Of a stretch of 64,000 nucleotides of DNA, positions 46,576 to 54,808 are shown in pieces. This DNA is from Deltaproteobacteria bacterium. GTDB taxonomy: Bacteria; Desulfobacterota; Binatia; UBA9968. Numbering within the stretch: the first letter of the stretch is position 1; the number at the start of each line of letters is the position of its first letter. Under the pieces are notes generated by a model. It saw only the letters and a program-made list of their open reading frames with translations. It was not told the DNA's origin and did not search any database. Location: positions 2,670 through 66,669 of the forward strand of contig SHYW01000010.1 of the NCBI GenBank assembly GCA_009692615.1. Direction: 5' to 3'. Both the position numbers and the translations under genes were made by a program.

Positions 46576-46689
46576 TGGTAAGCGCTCGACTCGCAAAAAG
46601 ACTCGATCCCCGCCCACCAAACTATCACGCCCGTCTACGCCATCCGCGGCGACGCGATCTACGAGCCGTTGCCGGTCGAGCGACCGTGA
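46576..46689 (+). pseudogene. Displaced 3' fragment of an amidohydrolase gene (last 37 codons plus stop)
   Basis: It reads W*ALDSQKDSIPAHQTITPVYAIRGDAIYEPLPVERP*. The intact gene end (45391-45504) reads WKALDSQKGTIPAHQTITPVYAIRGASIYEPLPVERP*. The two are equal in length, and 96 of 114 nt are identical by hand alignment. Eleven of the 18 differences are synonymous third-position changes. Confidence 0.85.
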
Positions 46690-46698
46690 CACGTTACG

Positions 46699-47997
46699 CT
46701 AAGCTAATTCACTCTCGGTTGCCAGCCGGCGAACCAGCAACGCCCAAGCGATGAGGATCGGCACGCTGATTTGCACGGCAAAGCGCGGCCAGCCCAACGC
46801 CGGACCGATTTGCAACATCCCCAAACTTAAGTAGGAGCCGACGAAAACCGCGACGTAGACCAAAGCGGACCAGACCAGCAATCGACCGCCATCCAGCGCG
46901 CGGCTGTTGGTACCTTGCGCGTAATGCGACCAGACGATGGTCAGCGGCAAGAGCAAAATCATCAGATCGTAAAACATCAGGTGCGGACTGATCACCAGTG
47001 CCAACGCCAAAGTCGCCGCCATGCGGAAATCCCAAGAGCGCGTTGCCGGCTGCCATGGCGACGAACGCCAGCAGCAATAAACCAGCGCCAAGCCGGCGAG
47101 CGTTAACAACACGGAAAGTAATTTGACGACTTCAACCGGCAAGAAACCGCTGAACAGCAAAATGCAAAAGCCGTAGAGATTATGCAGCTTGGCGATCGGA
47201 TAGCTTGGCAGAAACGGCAGCTGCGCGATCTGCGGTATGACGCGCAAGTAATCCAATGTGGCGGTCAGACTGAGCAAGCAACCGACAGCGATCCACAGCG
47301 CCGAGGTTAACAGACAACCGCTAAGCGCGCGCCAACGCCCGTTGAGCAAAAGTAGAAACCCAGGCACGATCATGAGCTGCGGTTTGTAGAGCAGACAGCC
47401 GAGCGCAACGCCGGCGCTCAAGTCCGCGCCGCGGCGCAAGCGAACAAAGAGAATCGTCAACAAAAGAAACGACAGCGCTGAGTTCTGGTTCGCGAGGAAC
47501 CAAGCGATCGTCGGATAAAAACAAAAACTCAGCAGCATAAGCGCCGCCGTCGAGTAACTAGCCAGCGGCGCCAATTCCCAACGCAGCATGTTCCACGCGA
47601 ACGCCAACGCCGCCAAGCCGGCGACAGTCCACAGCATGAGGCCGATTTCGAAACTCGCCAGCGCGAACGGCGCGTAGAGCAAAACTGTATGAGGCGGATG
47701 GTTGAAGGGCGTGAACTGATCGGCGCTCAGTTTGAGCGTCGCCATCTGAAAGGTTTGCTGGGCGGCGAAATCGTATAACTCACTCAACCGTCCATCCAAA
47801 AAAAATCGCCCGCCGGTGAAGAATTAAATAAAATCGCCGTCGTGAAACAACGAACGCGCCGACGGATGGAATAACGTGCTCAACGCAATCGCCAGGGCAA
47901 CTAGCGGCAGCGCTCGAGTATAAATTTTTATCCGGCGCGAATTGAGCCAGCCGGCGACAGCGGCAATCAAGCGCGAAGAACAATCGATGGCAGCCAA
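46699..47997 (-). pseudogene. GT87/DUF2029-like polytopic membrane glycosyltransferase with in-frame TAA
   Basis: Track ORF 46699..47799 continues upstream in the same frame (..LPLVALAIALSTLFHPSARSLFHDGDFI*FFTGGRFFLDGRLSELYDF..). It is interrupted only by TAA at 47826-47824. The start codon is uncertain (TTG 47997 or CTG 48003). The family call is moderate. Confidence 0.55.
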
Positions 47998-48010
47998 GAG
48001 CAGGCCTAAG

Positions 48011-49459
48011 TCAGCGCCGCCGGCGCGTCGTCGATCCGAATATCGAGCCTAAGGCGCCGCGAATGATTTCCCGTCCCACCTGGCTGCCGATGGCACGCAC
48101 CGCGCTGGTCGCCATGGCGCCGAGCAACTTGCCGGCGGTGGATTGCCATTCACTTGGCGCCGCGGCCGTTCCGGTTTCCGCTTGCGGCGCGCGGGCTTTG
48201 AGCAGTTCGTAGGCCGATTCGCGGTCGACAACTTTTTCGTAGTGGCCGAAGAGCGACGATTGTTTGATCAAGGTGTCCCGCTCGCCGGCGCTCAAGGGCG
48301 GCAGTTGGCTTTGCGGCGGAAAGATCTGCGCGCGGTCGACCACGTTGGGTTGGCCTTTGTCGTTGAGAAACGACACCAGCGCTTCGCCGACGGCCAGTTC
48401 GGTGATCGCGCTTTCGACGTCGATATCGGGATTCTGGCGAAAAGTTTGCGCCGCCGCTTTCACCGCCTTCTGATCCCGCGGCGTGAAGGCGCGCAAAGCA
48501 TGTTGCACGCGGTTGCCCAACTGGCCGAGCACGACATCGGGAACGTCGAGGGGATTTTGCGTGACGAAGTAAACCCCGACGCCCTTGGAGCGAATCAAGC
48601 GGATCACCTGTTCGATTTTTTCCAAGAGCGCGTCGGGCGCGTCGGTGAATAGTAAATGAGCTTCATCGAAAAAAAATACCAGCTTGGGTTTCTCCGGATC
48701 GCCGACCTCGGGCAAGCGCTCGAACAGTTCCGAGAGCAGCCAGAGCAAAAACGTCGCGTAAAGCTTCGGCGCGGCGATCAATTTGTCGGCGTTAAGAATA
48801 TTGATCACGCCACGGCCGGCGCCATCAGTTTGCATCAGGTCGTCGAGATCGAGGGCCGGTTCGCCAAAAAATTTGTCGGCGCCCTGCTCTTCCAAACCGA
48901 GCAAGCCGCGTTGGATCGCGCCGATGCTCGCCGCCGAAACGTTGCCATATTGGGTTTTGAACTGCGCCGCGTTGTCGCCGACATACTGGAGCATGGCGCG
49001 CAGGTCCTTCAAATCGAGCAGCAGCATGCCGTTGTCGTCGGCGATTTTGAAAACCAGCGTCAGCACGCCGCTCTGGGTTTCATTGAGGTTGAGCAAGCGC
49101 GCCAACAGTAGCGGCCCCATGTCAGAGATGGTCGTGCGCACCGGATGGCCCTGCTCGCCGTAGAGATCCCAAAACACCGTCGGGTAACCGGCGAAGCTGA
49201 AATCTTTCAAACCGATCTGAGCGGCGCGCTCGGCGATCTTAGGGTTGTCGACGCCCGGCCGGGCGATGCCCGACAAATCGCCTTTGACATCCGCCATGAA
49301 CACCGGCACGCCGATGGCACTGAAGTGTTCGGCGATCACCCGCAGGGTCACCGTCTTGCCCGTGCCGGTGGCGCCGGCGATCAGCCCATGGCGATTGGCC
49401 AGACGTGGCAGGAGTAAATGAAGCGCTTTTCCTTTGCCGATCGGCAAACCTACAATCAT
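48011..49459 (-). CDS. HerA-like helicase-domain ATPase (DUF853 / YjgR family)
   Basis: 482 aa. It has Walker A GATGTGKT in ..[26 protein letters not shown].., and ..[12 protein letters not shown] (Walker B). Confidence 0.85.
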   Translation of the reverse strand: MIVGLPIGKGKALHLLLPRLANRHGLIAGATGTGKTVTLRVIAEHFSAIGVPVFMADVKGDLSGIARPGVDNPKIAERAAQIGLKDFSFAGYPTVFWDLYGEQGHPVRTTISDMGPLLLARLLNLNETQSGVLTLVFKIADDNGMLLLDLKDLRAMLQYVGDNAAQFKTQYGNVSAASIGAIQRGLLGLEEQGADKFFGEPALDLDDLMQTDGAGRGVINILNADKLIAAPKLYATFLLWLLSELFERLPEVGDPEKPKLVFFFDEAHLLFTDAPDALLEKIEQVIRLIRSKGVGVYFVTQNPLDVPDVVLGQLGNRVQHALRAFTPRDQKAVKAAAQTFRQNPDIDVESAITELAVGEALVSFLNDKGQPNVVDRAQIFPPQSQLPPLSAGERDTLIKQSSLFGHYEKVVDRESAYELLKARAPQAETGTAAAPSEWQSTAGKLLGAMATSAVRAIGSQVGREIIRGALGSIFGSTTRRRR

Positions 49460-49606
49460 CCGTGGAACCCTCTCATTTCAGCGATTTATAGAGCTTTTCT
49501 AGCATGATTACGCTTGAGAAACAGCGCCGATTCGGATATAAATACCTCCTAGCGTGAATGAAAACTCTCAGTCACGCGTCCAAGTCACCAGAACCAACAA
49601 AATGAA

Positions 49607-49633
49607 GCCGTGACGAACGGAGGGCCGCACGGT
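49607..49633 (+). promoter_or_regulatory. Leader hairpin with loop AACGGAGGG upstream of lysine-rich gene 1
   Basis: The stem is GCCGTG (49607-12) / CACGGT (49628-33), with inner C-G and G-C pairs. The loop carries AACGGAGGGC. The same loop sits on a different, compensating stem at 50287-50309. Confidence 0.5.
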
Positions 49634-49688
49634 CATCGAGTGGGTTCCAAAAAATTTAGAAACTGATTCCATGAAAGGGGATTACTTA

Positions 49689-50072
49689 ATGAAACGTTTT
49701 CTAGGCGTATTAGTTGCTTCGATGTTTCTCGCCTCGGCGGCTTTTGCGGCGGATGCCATGAAAGAAGAGAAGAAGGCCGATGCCAAAGCTGATGCCAAGG
49801 CAATGAAAGAAGAGAAGAAGGCCGATGCCAAAGCGACCAAAGAAGAGAAGAAGGCTGATGTGAAGGCCACCAAGGAAGAGAAAAAGGCCGACGCCAAAGC
49901 CGATGCCACGGCAATGAAGGAAGAAAAGAAGGCCGATGCCAAGGCAATGAAGGAAGAGAAGAAGTCTGATGCCAAGGCTACCAAGGAAGAGAAAAAGGCC
50001 GACGCCAAAGCCGATGCCAAGGCAATGAAGGAAGAAAAGAAAGCCGAGAAGAGCGACAAGCCCAGCAAGTAA
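49689..50072 (+). CDS. Secreted lysine/glutamate/alanine-rich tandem-repeat protein
   Basis: Track ORF 49671..50072. ATG 49689 follows AAAGGGGA and gives signal peptide MKRFLGVLVASMFLASAAFAADA. Eight units of [M/T]KEEKKADAKA follow, some with an extra DAKA. Confidence 0.75.
   Translation: MKRFLGVLVASMFLASAAFAADAMKEEKKADAKADAKAMKEEKKADAKATKEEKKADVKATKEEKKADAKADATAMKEEKKADAKAMKEEKKSDAKATKEEKKADAKADAKAMKEEKKAEKSDKPSK
49758..50060 (+). repeat. Coding tandem repeat, 33-nt and 45-nt units with a 111-nt higher-order period
   Basis: ATGAAAGAAGAGAAGAAGGCCGATGCCAAAGC.. is repeated eight times. The pattern of 15+11+11 aa units recurs about 2.7 times. Confidence 0.85.
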
Positions 50073-50091
50073 TCTTCCCGATTCGAATCTA

Positions 50092-50132
50092 GCGAGCAAG
50101 GTAGCCCTCCCTACTTTGCTCGCTTTTTTTTG
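50092..50132 (+). terminator. Intrinsic terminator after lysine-rich gene 1
   Basis: A 14-bp stem AGCGAGCAAGGTAG / CTACTTTGCTCGCT with loop CCCTCC is followed by T8. Confidence 0.85.
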
Positions 50133-50286
50133 CCCGCTAGTTTCAATTCACGATACACGTCGCGCAAGTAGCGCGCCGACGCCGTTCACTAACTTTTCCT
50201 TGAGCCGGAAATTCAACTGAGCTATAAACAGTGCATCCTAACTTGAAGCGAAACTCATTCGCTCCGTCTAATTATTTAGAATCACG

Positions 50287-50309
50287 CCAACCGAACGGAG
50301 GGCGGTTGG
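50287..50309 (+). promoter_or_regulatory. Leader hairpin with loop AACGGAGGG upstream of lysine-rich gene 2
   Basis: The stem is CCAACCG (50287-93) / CGGTTGG (50303-09), with loop AACGGAGGG (50294-50302). It ends 46 nt before ATG 50356. Confidence 0.5.
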
Positions 50310-50355
50310 TTGATCACGACAAATCAACAATTAGCCAAACAAGGAGAACTTCGCC

Positions 50356-50682
50356 ATGAAAAACAAACTCGCACTCTTGATCGCCGTCATCTTCTTCAGC
50401 TCGGTTGGATTAGTCGCAGCCAAAGACTATCAAGTCACCGGTCCCGTGGTTGACGTCAAAGACGATGTCATCGTCGTCAAAAAAGGCGCCGACAACTGGG
50501 AACTCGCCCGCGACAAGGACACCAAAGCCACCGGCGAGTTCAAAAAAGGCGACAAAGTTACGATCAAATATAAAATGATCGCCACCAGCATCGAAGGTAA
50601 AGAAGCGCCCAAGGCCAAAGCCGAAACCAAGACCAAGGCCGACGACAAGATGAAGGGCGACGCCAAAGCTAAAACCAAGTAA
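50356..50682 (+). CDS. Small secreted protein with lysine-rich C-terminal tail
   Basis: 108 aa. The RBS AAGGAGA lies upstream. The signal peptide is MKNKLALLIAVIFFSSVGLVAA. A compact domain (DYQVTGPVVDVKDDVIVVKKG..KVTIKYKM) precedes the tail KAKAETKTKADDKMKGDAKAKTK. Confidence 0.7.
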   Translation: MKNKLALLIAVIFFSSVGLVAAKDYQVTGPVVDVKDDVIVVKKGADNWELARDKDTKATGEFKKGDKVTIKYKMIATSIEGKEAPKAKAETKTKADDKMKGDAKAKTK

Positions 50683-50713
50683 CTTTCGCTTAACTCACCC
50701 TCCAAAAACCAAC

Positions 50714-50747
50714 CAACGGGCCGCTTCATGCGGCCCGTTGCATTTTT
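50714..50747 (+). terminator. Intrinsic terminator after lysine-rich gene 2
   Basis: An 11-bp stem CAACGGGCCGC / GCGGCCCGTTG with loop TTCAT is followed by CATTTTT. Confidence 0.85.
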
Positions 50748-50815
50748 AGCCCGGCTTTTCTTTTCACCGGGCTTTTGCTAGGGTTTCGGTAATTTTGCGA
50801 ACGGGAAAAGTGATT

Positions 50816-51526
50816 ATGACCCCACATCCGGAAGTCACCATCGTCCATAGCTCCGACCTCCATCTCGGCACCGACGATAGCTTTAGCGATCGCGATCGCT
50901 TGGCCAATTTACCCAGAGTGCTCGCCGCCGCCAACGACGTCGACGCCAATGTCGTCCTGCTCGCCGGCGATTCCTTCGACAACCACCGCCAACCGGTGGA
51001 GCTGCTCGAGCGCGCCGCGCAAATCCTGCGCGACTACAACAAGCCGGTGGTGATCCTGCCCGGCAATCACGACCCGCTCACGCCCGACTCGGTGTACCGC
51101 CGCGGCGGTTTAGGCGAAGTCGCCAACGTCAGCATTCTCGGCTTGAACGCCGGTGACGCCGTGCTGTTTCCTGAATTGGAGTTGGAGATTTGGGGCCGCG
51201 CCCATCTCGACTACACCGACATGTCACCGCTGGCCAATCCGCGCCCACGCACAACCCGGTGGCAACTCGCCGCGGCCCACGGCCACTACGTCGATGAAGC
51301 GCGCGATCCCAATCGCATGATCGGCTCCTGGTTGATTCACCGCGAAGAGCTGATGGCCATCGACGCCGATTATGTCGCGCTCGGCCATTGGAACCAGCGC
51401 ACGCCGGTAGGCAACGGCGAAGTCGCCGCCCACTACTCCGGCTCGCCGGAATACACCGGTACTGTGAATGTCATTCGCTTCAAAAAAGACGGTAGCGTCG
51501 AAGTCGGCAAAACCGCGCTGCGATAA
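50816..51526 (+). CDS. Metallophosphoesterase (calcineurin-like / SbcD-Mre11-type fold)
   Basis: VHSSDLHLG, LLAGDSFD and LPGNHD motifs are present. I prefer ATG 50816 over the track TTG 50795. Confidence 0.8.
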   Translation: MTPHPEVTIVHSSDLHLGTDDSFSDRDRLANLPRVLAAANDVDANVVLLAGDSFDNHRQPVELLERAAQILRDYNKPVVILPGNHDPLTPDSVYRRGGLGEVANVSILGLNAGDAVLFPELELEIWGRAHLDYTDMSPLANPRPRTTRWQLAAAHGHYVDEARDPNRMIGSWLIHREELMAIDADYVALGHWNQRTPVGNGEVAAHYSGSPEYTGTVNVIRFKKDGSVEVGKTALR

Positions 51527-51598
51527 CTCGGCGGATAACCGACGAGCCGCTTTGCCCGCCGGCGGTTTCCCGGCGGCGCCGAACCATTTCAAATCATC

Positions 51599-52657
51599 GT
51601 GAAGAGATATTTCTTTCTCGCCGCGCTGTGGCTGGGCTATGCCTCGGTGTGTCACGCGGCCGCGGCAACCAATCGCGAAAACTTCGATGCACTTTCGGTC
51701 GCGAATTTCTATCGCGGCAAGGTTCTGCGCATCGTCGTCGGCTTCCCGCCCGGCGGCGGCGCCGATGTCTACTCCCGCTTGATCGCGCGCCACCTCGGCC
51801 GCTTCATTCCGGGAAATCCCACCTTAGCGGTCACCAACATGGCCGGCGCCGGCAGCATGATCGCCGGCAATTATATTTACAATAGCGCCGCCAAAGACGG
51901 CAGCGAGATCGGCATGCTCAACGGCGCGGTGATCTTGGAGCAGCTGTTCGGCCATCCTGGCGTCCACTTCGACATGGCCAAGTTTCGCTATCTCGCCGTG
52001 CCAGTCAACGAGACCTACGTGATGATCGTCGCCCGCCAGTCGGCCATCGGCAAATTTAGCGAACTGATCGGCGCCAACGCCAAGCAGGCGATCCTTGGCG
52101 CGATTCCCAACTCGACCTTGGAGCATGCGCCGATCTTGCTGCGCGAAGCGTTGGACGCCAACTTGAAAGTCGTCTCCGGCTACAAAGGCAGCGCCGACAT
52201 TCGACTCGCCGTCGACTCCGGTGAGATCGGCGGCTTTTTCAATCCCTGGAGCACGGTCAAGCCGAGTTCGACGGACAAATTCAAAAGCGGCGAATGGTCC
52301 GTGCTGCTGCAACTCACCGATCAACCGCTGCGCGACTTGCCTGCGACTAATATTCCGACGATCAACGACATCGCCAAGGACGAAAACCAGCGCGCGCTGT
52401 TGCGCTACGGCACCAGCGCGCCCAATCAATTCGGCAAAGTGTATATGTTACCGGCGGCGGTCCCCGCCGAGCGCGCCGCGGTTTTGGAATCGGCCTTTGC
52501 GAAAACGCTCGCCGACAAATCTTTCTTAGCCGACGCGGAAAAAGGCAAGCTTGAGATCACCCCGATCTACGGCGCGGCGATCCAGCGCATCGTCAGCGAG
52601 TTTCTCACGATGCCGCCGGCGATCAAGTCACGATTGGAAAAAGCTCTCAGAAAATGA
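51599..52657 (+). CDS. Tripartite tricarboxylate transporter substrate-binding protein (Bug/TctC family)
   Basis: 352 aa with a signal peptide. ..LRIVVGFPPGGGADVYSRLIARHL..NMAGAGSMIAGN is the Bug-family signature region. No tctA or tctB is adjacent. Confidence 0.85.
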   Translation: MKRYFFLAALWLGYASVCHAAAATNRENFDALSVANFYRGKVLRIVVGFPPGGGADVYSRLIARHLGRFIPGNPTLAVTNMAGAGSMIAGNYIYNSAAKDGSEIGMLNGAVILEQLFGHPGVHFDMAKFRYLAVPVNETYVMIVARQSAIGKFSELIGANAKQAILGAIPNSTLEHAPILLREALDANLKVVSGYKGSADIRLAVDSGEIGGFFNPWSTVKPSSTDKFKSGEWSVLLQLTDQPLRDLPATNIPTINDIAKDENQRALLRYGTSAPNQFGKVYMLPAAVPAERAAVLESAFAKTLADKSFLADAEKGKLEITPIYGAAIQRIVSEFLTMPPAIKSRLEKALRK

Positions 52658-52658
52658 C

Positions 52659-52734
52659 AAGCCGTAAGGGGTGAAGGGTAAAGCGTCTGCGGAATCCCAA
52701 CGCCTCACCCCTGACCCTTCACCCCTTACGGTTT
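52659..52734. terminator. Long palindrome between convergent genes (likely bidirectional terminator or REP-like element)
   Basis: AAGCCGTAAGGGGTGAAGGGT (52659-79) pairs with ACCCTTCACCCCTTACGGTTT (52714-34) at 20 of 21 positions, with a 34-nt loop. It fills the gap between the TctC stop (52657) and the dehydrogenase stop (52738). Confidence 0.6.
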
Positions 52735-52737
52735 GTC

Positions 52738-53724
52738 TCACGCCGTCAACAACAGCCGCGCTTCATCAGCATCGACCACCGGATTCTTGGGCCGCTTATG
52801 TTCTAGTACGCGGATGACTTCCTGCGCCGCGCCCCACTCGCCGCGCTCTGACGCTTCCAATGTCACAGCACCGAGATGCGGCGTCCACAGCACGTTGTCG
52901 AGTTTAAATAGCGGAGGATCTTTGGCCGGCGGTTCCTCAGCGATGACGTCCAACGCCGCGCCGGCGATTTTTTTCTGCTGCAATATCTGACCGAGTGCGT
53001 CTTCGTCGACGATGCCGCCGCGCGCGGCGTTGATCAGAAATGCCGACGGCTTCATCAACACGAGATCTTTCGCGCCGATCATGGCGCGGGTCTCGCGGTT
53101 GAGTGGACAGTGAAGGGTGACGAAGTCGGATTCTGCGAGCAACTCGTTCAAGCCCACCCACTTGCCGGCCAATGACGTGACATGAGACTCCGGAATGTAA
53201 GGATCGTAGACGAGGAAATCCATTTCAAACGCCCGGGCGCGCAGCGCCATGCGCGCGCCGATGTTGCCCATGCCGACGATGCCGAGGGTCTTGCCGGCGA
53301 GCTCCGTGCCGATGAATTGCAGATAATCGCTCCAACGATTCTCTTTGACCGCGCGGTTCGCTTCGTGGGTGTGGCGCACCAGGGCGATCATCTGACCGAA
53401 GACCAATTCGGACACCGACACGGCGTTGCTGCCGGGCTGATTGGTCACCCAGATTTTTAATGCCGCCGCCGCTTCCAAATCGACCCGCGACGGATCGACG
53501 CCGACACCGGTGCGGGCGATGATCTTTAGCCGGCCAGCGCTTTTTTCCATCTGCTCGCGGCTGATTTTACCTTTGCGGCTGATCACCGCGTCGACCCGCG
53601 ACGCTTCCAATTCCCAACGCTCGGGCTCGACCCACGGATTGACGACGATCAATTCGACCCGCTCGCGCAGCCACTGGAGCACTTCGGCTTGAAACTCTTC
53701 CACCAACACTCGGCCAAGAATCAT
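52738..53724 (-). CDS. D-isomer-specific 2-hydroxyacid dehydrogenase (PGDH-like)
   Basis: The NAD motif is GIVGMGNIGARMA. The catalytic region ..NAARGGIVDE..TPHLG is also present. Confidence 0.9.
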   Translation of the reverse strand: MILGRVLVEEFQAEVLQWLRERVELIVVNPWVEPERWELEASRVDAVISRKGKISREQMEKSAGRLKIIARTGVGVDPSRVDLEAAAALKIWVTNQPGSNAVSVSELVFGQMIALVRHTHEANRAVKENRWSDYLQFIGTELAGKTLGIVGMGNIGARMALRARAFEMDFLVYDPYIPESHVTSLAGKWVGLNELLAESDFVTLHCPLNRETRAMIGAKDLVLMKPSAFLINAARGGIVDEDALGQILQQKKIAGAALDVIAEEPPAKDPPLFKLDNVLWTPHLGAVTLEASERGEWGAAQEVIRVLEHKRPKNPVVDADEARLLLTA

Positions 53725-53848
53725 ATTCGCCTCCCCATCGACGCCATCATTTTAAACTCGCCATGCCGCGCATGCCATCGTGATCGAACAGTTGCGTCAT
53801 TTTTCCATGTCGCTATACTGACCAGCAATTCCCTTCGGAAACCACAAT

Positions 53849-54808
53849 ATGAAACTCGTCCATCGCCTTGCCTTGATCGCAGCCATCGCGGCGTCGCTCG
53901 CCAGCGCGGAAATCGCCAGCGCGGAAAAAATTCGCCTGGCCTTGCCGTCGCGCTCCATGGGTTATCTGCCGATGTTCGTCGCCCTGCACCGGGGTTTTCT
54001 CAAAGACGAAAATCTCGAATTGGAATTACCGGCGCTGTTGCCCAACATCGCCCACAACGCGCTGCTCGGCGGTGAAGTGGAATATCATGGCGTCGCCGAT
54101 TCGGCGCTGCGCTTGGCCGCGAAAGGCGCGCCGCTGAAAAGCATCTTTTTTAGCGCCCGTTTGCCGAATTATTTCTTGATGGCCAAGCCCAACATCAAAT
54201 CGGTGGCCGAGCTGCGCGGCAAATTGGTCGCGGTGAGCCGTTTCGGCGGGACCACTGACTTAGCCGCCCGCGTCGCCCTGCAAACCAACGGCCTCGACCC
54301 GCAGAAAGACGTGACGCTGATCATGATCGGCCTCGGCAATACGCGCAACGCCGCGCTGATCGCCGGCTCGGTGGACGCCAACATCGCCAATCCGCCGGAC
54401 AACTCCATGCTCAAACAAAAAGGTTTTCGCGAGCTGTTGTTTCTCGGCGACGCCATCGAGTTTCCAAGCAACGGCTTCACCACCACCGAACGCAGGTTGG
54501 CGGAAAATCGCGATCAAGTTAAACGGCTGATGCGGGCGTTTTACCGCGGCCTACTGTTTTCCCGCGACAACGCCGAGGAGACGGTGCGAATCGTCGAGCG
54601 CGAGTGGAAACTCGATCCGGTCACCGCGCGGGACTCCTACACATCGATCATGAAAGCCGCGAGCCGCGACGGCGCTTCGTCGGACAACGGCCTAAAAGTC
54701 CACGTCAAATTGATTCAGCAAGCCGAGAAAACTCTCGGCGATATTCCGCTCAACAAGATCGTCGACTTTCGCGTCCTCGAAGAAGTGCGCCGGGAGAGCG
54801 CGCGATGA
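53849..54808 (+). CDS. NMT1/SsuA-like substrate-binding protein
   Basis: 319 aa with a signal peptide and family blocks (IKSVAELRGKLVAVSRFGGTTDL, LQTNGLDPQKD). Confidence 0.8.
   Translation: MKLVHRLALIAAIAASLASAEIASAEKIRLALPSRSMGYLPMFVALHRGFLKDENLELELPALLPNIAHNALLGGEVEYHGVADSALRLAAKGAPLKSIFFSARLPNYFLMAKPNIKSVAELRGKLVAVSRFGGTTDLAARVALQTNGLDPQKDVTLIMIGLGNTRNAALIAGSVDANIANPPDNSMLKQKGFRELLFLGDAIEFPSNGFTTTERRLAENRDQVKRLMRAFYRGLLFSRDNAEETVRIVEREWKLDPVTARDSYTSIMKAASRDGASSDNGLKVHVKLIQQAEKTLGDIPLNKIVDFRVLEEVRRESAR

Noticed and set aside
49758-50060. Regular 33/45-nt periodicity that could suggest a CRISPR array
   Set aside because: The units are contiguous with no unique spacers and translate in one frame into a repeat protein behind a signal peptide. 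No cas genes are present.
49633-50099. Three overlapping minus-strand ORFs (104-129 aa) with repetitive sequences
   Set aside because: They are reading-frame echoes of the coding tandem repeat. The plus-strand frame has the RBS, a signal peptide and a strong downstream terminator.
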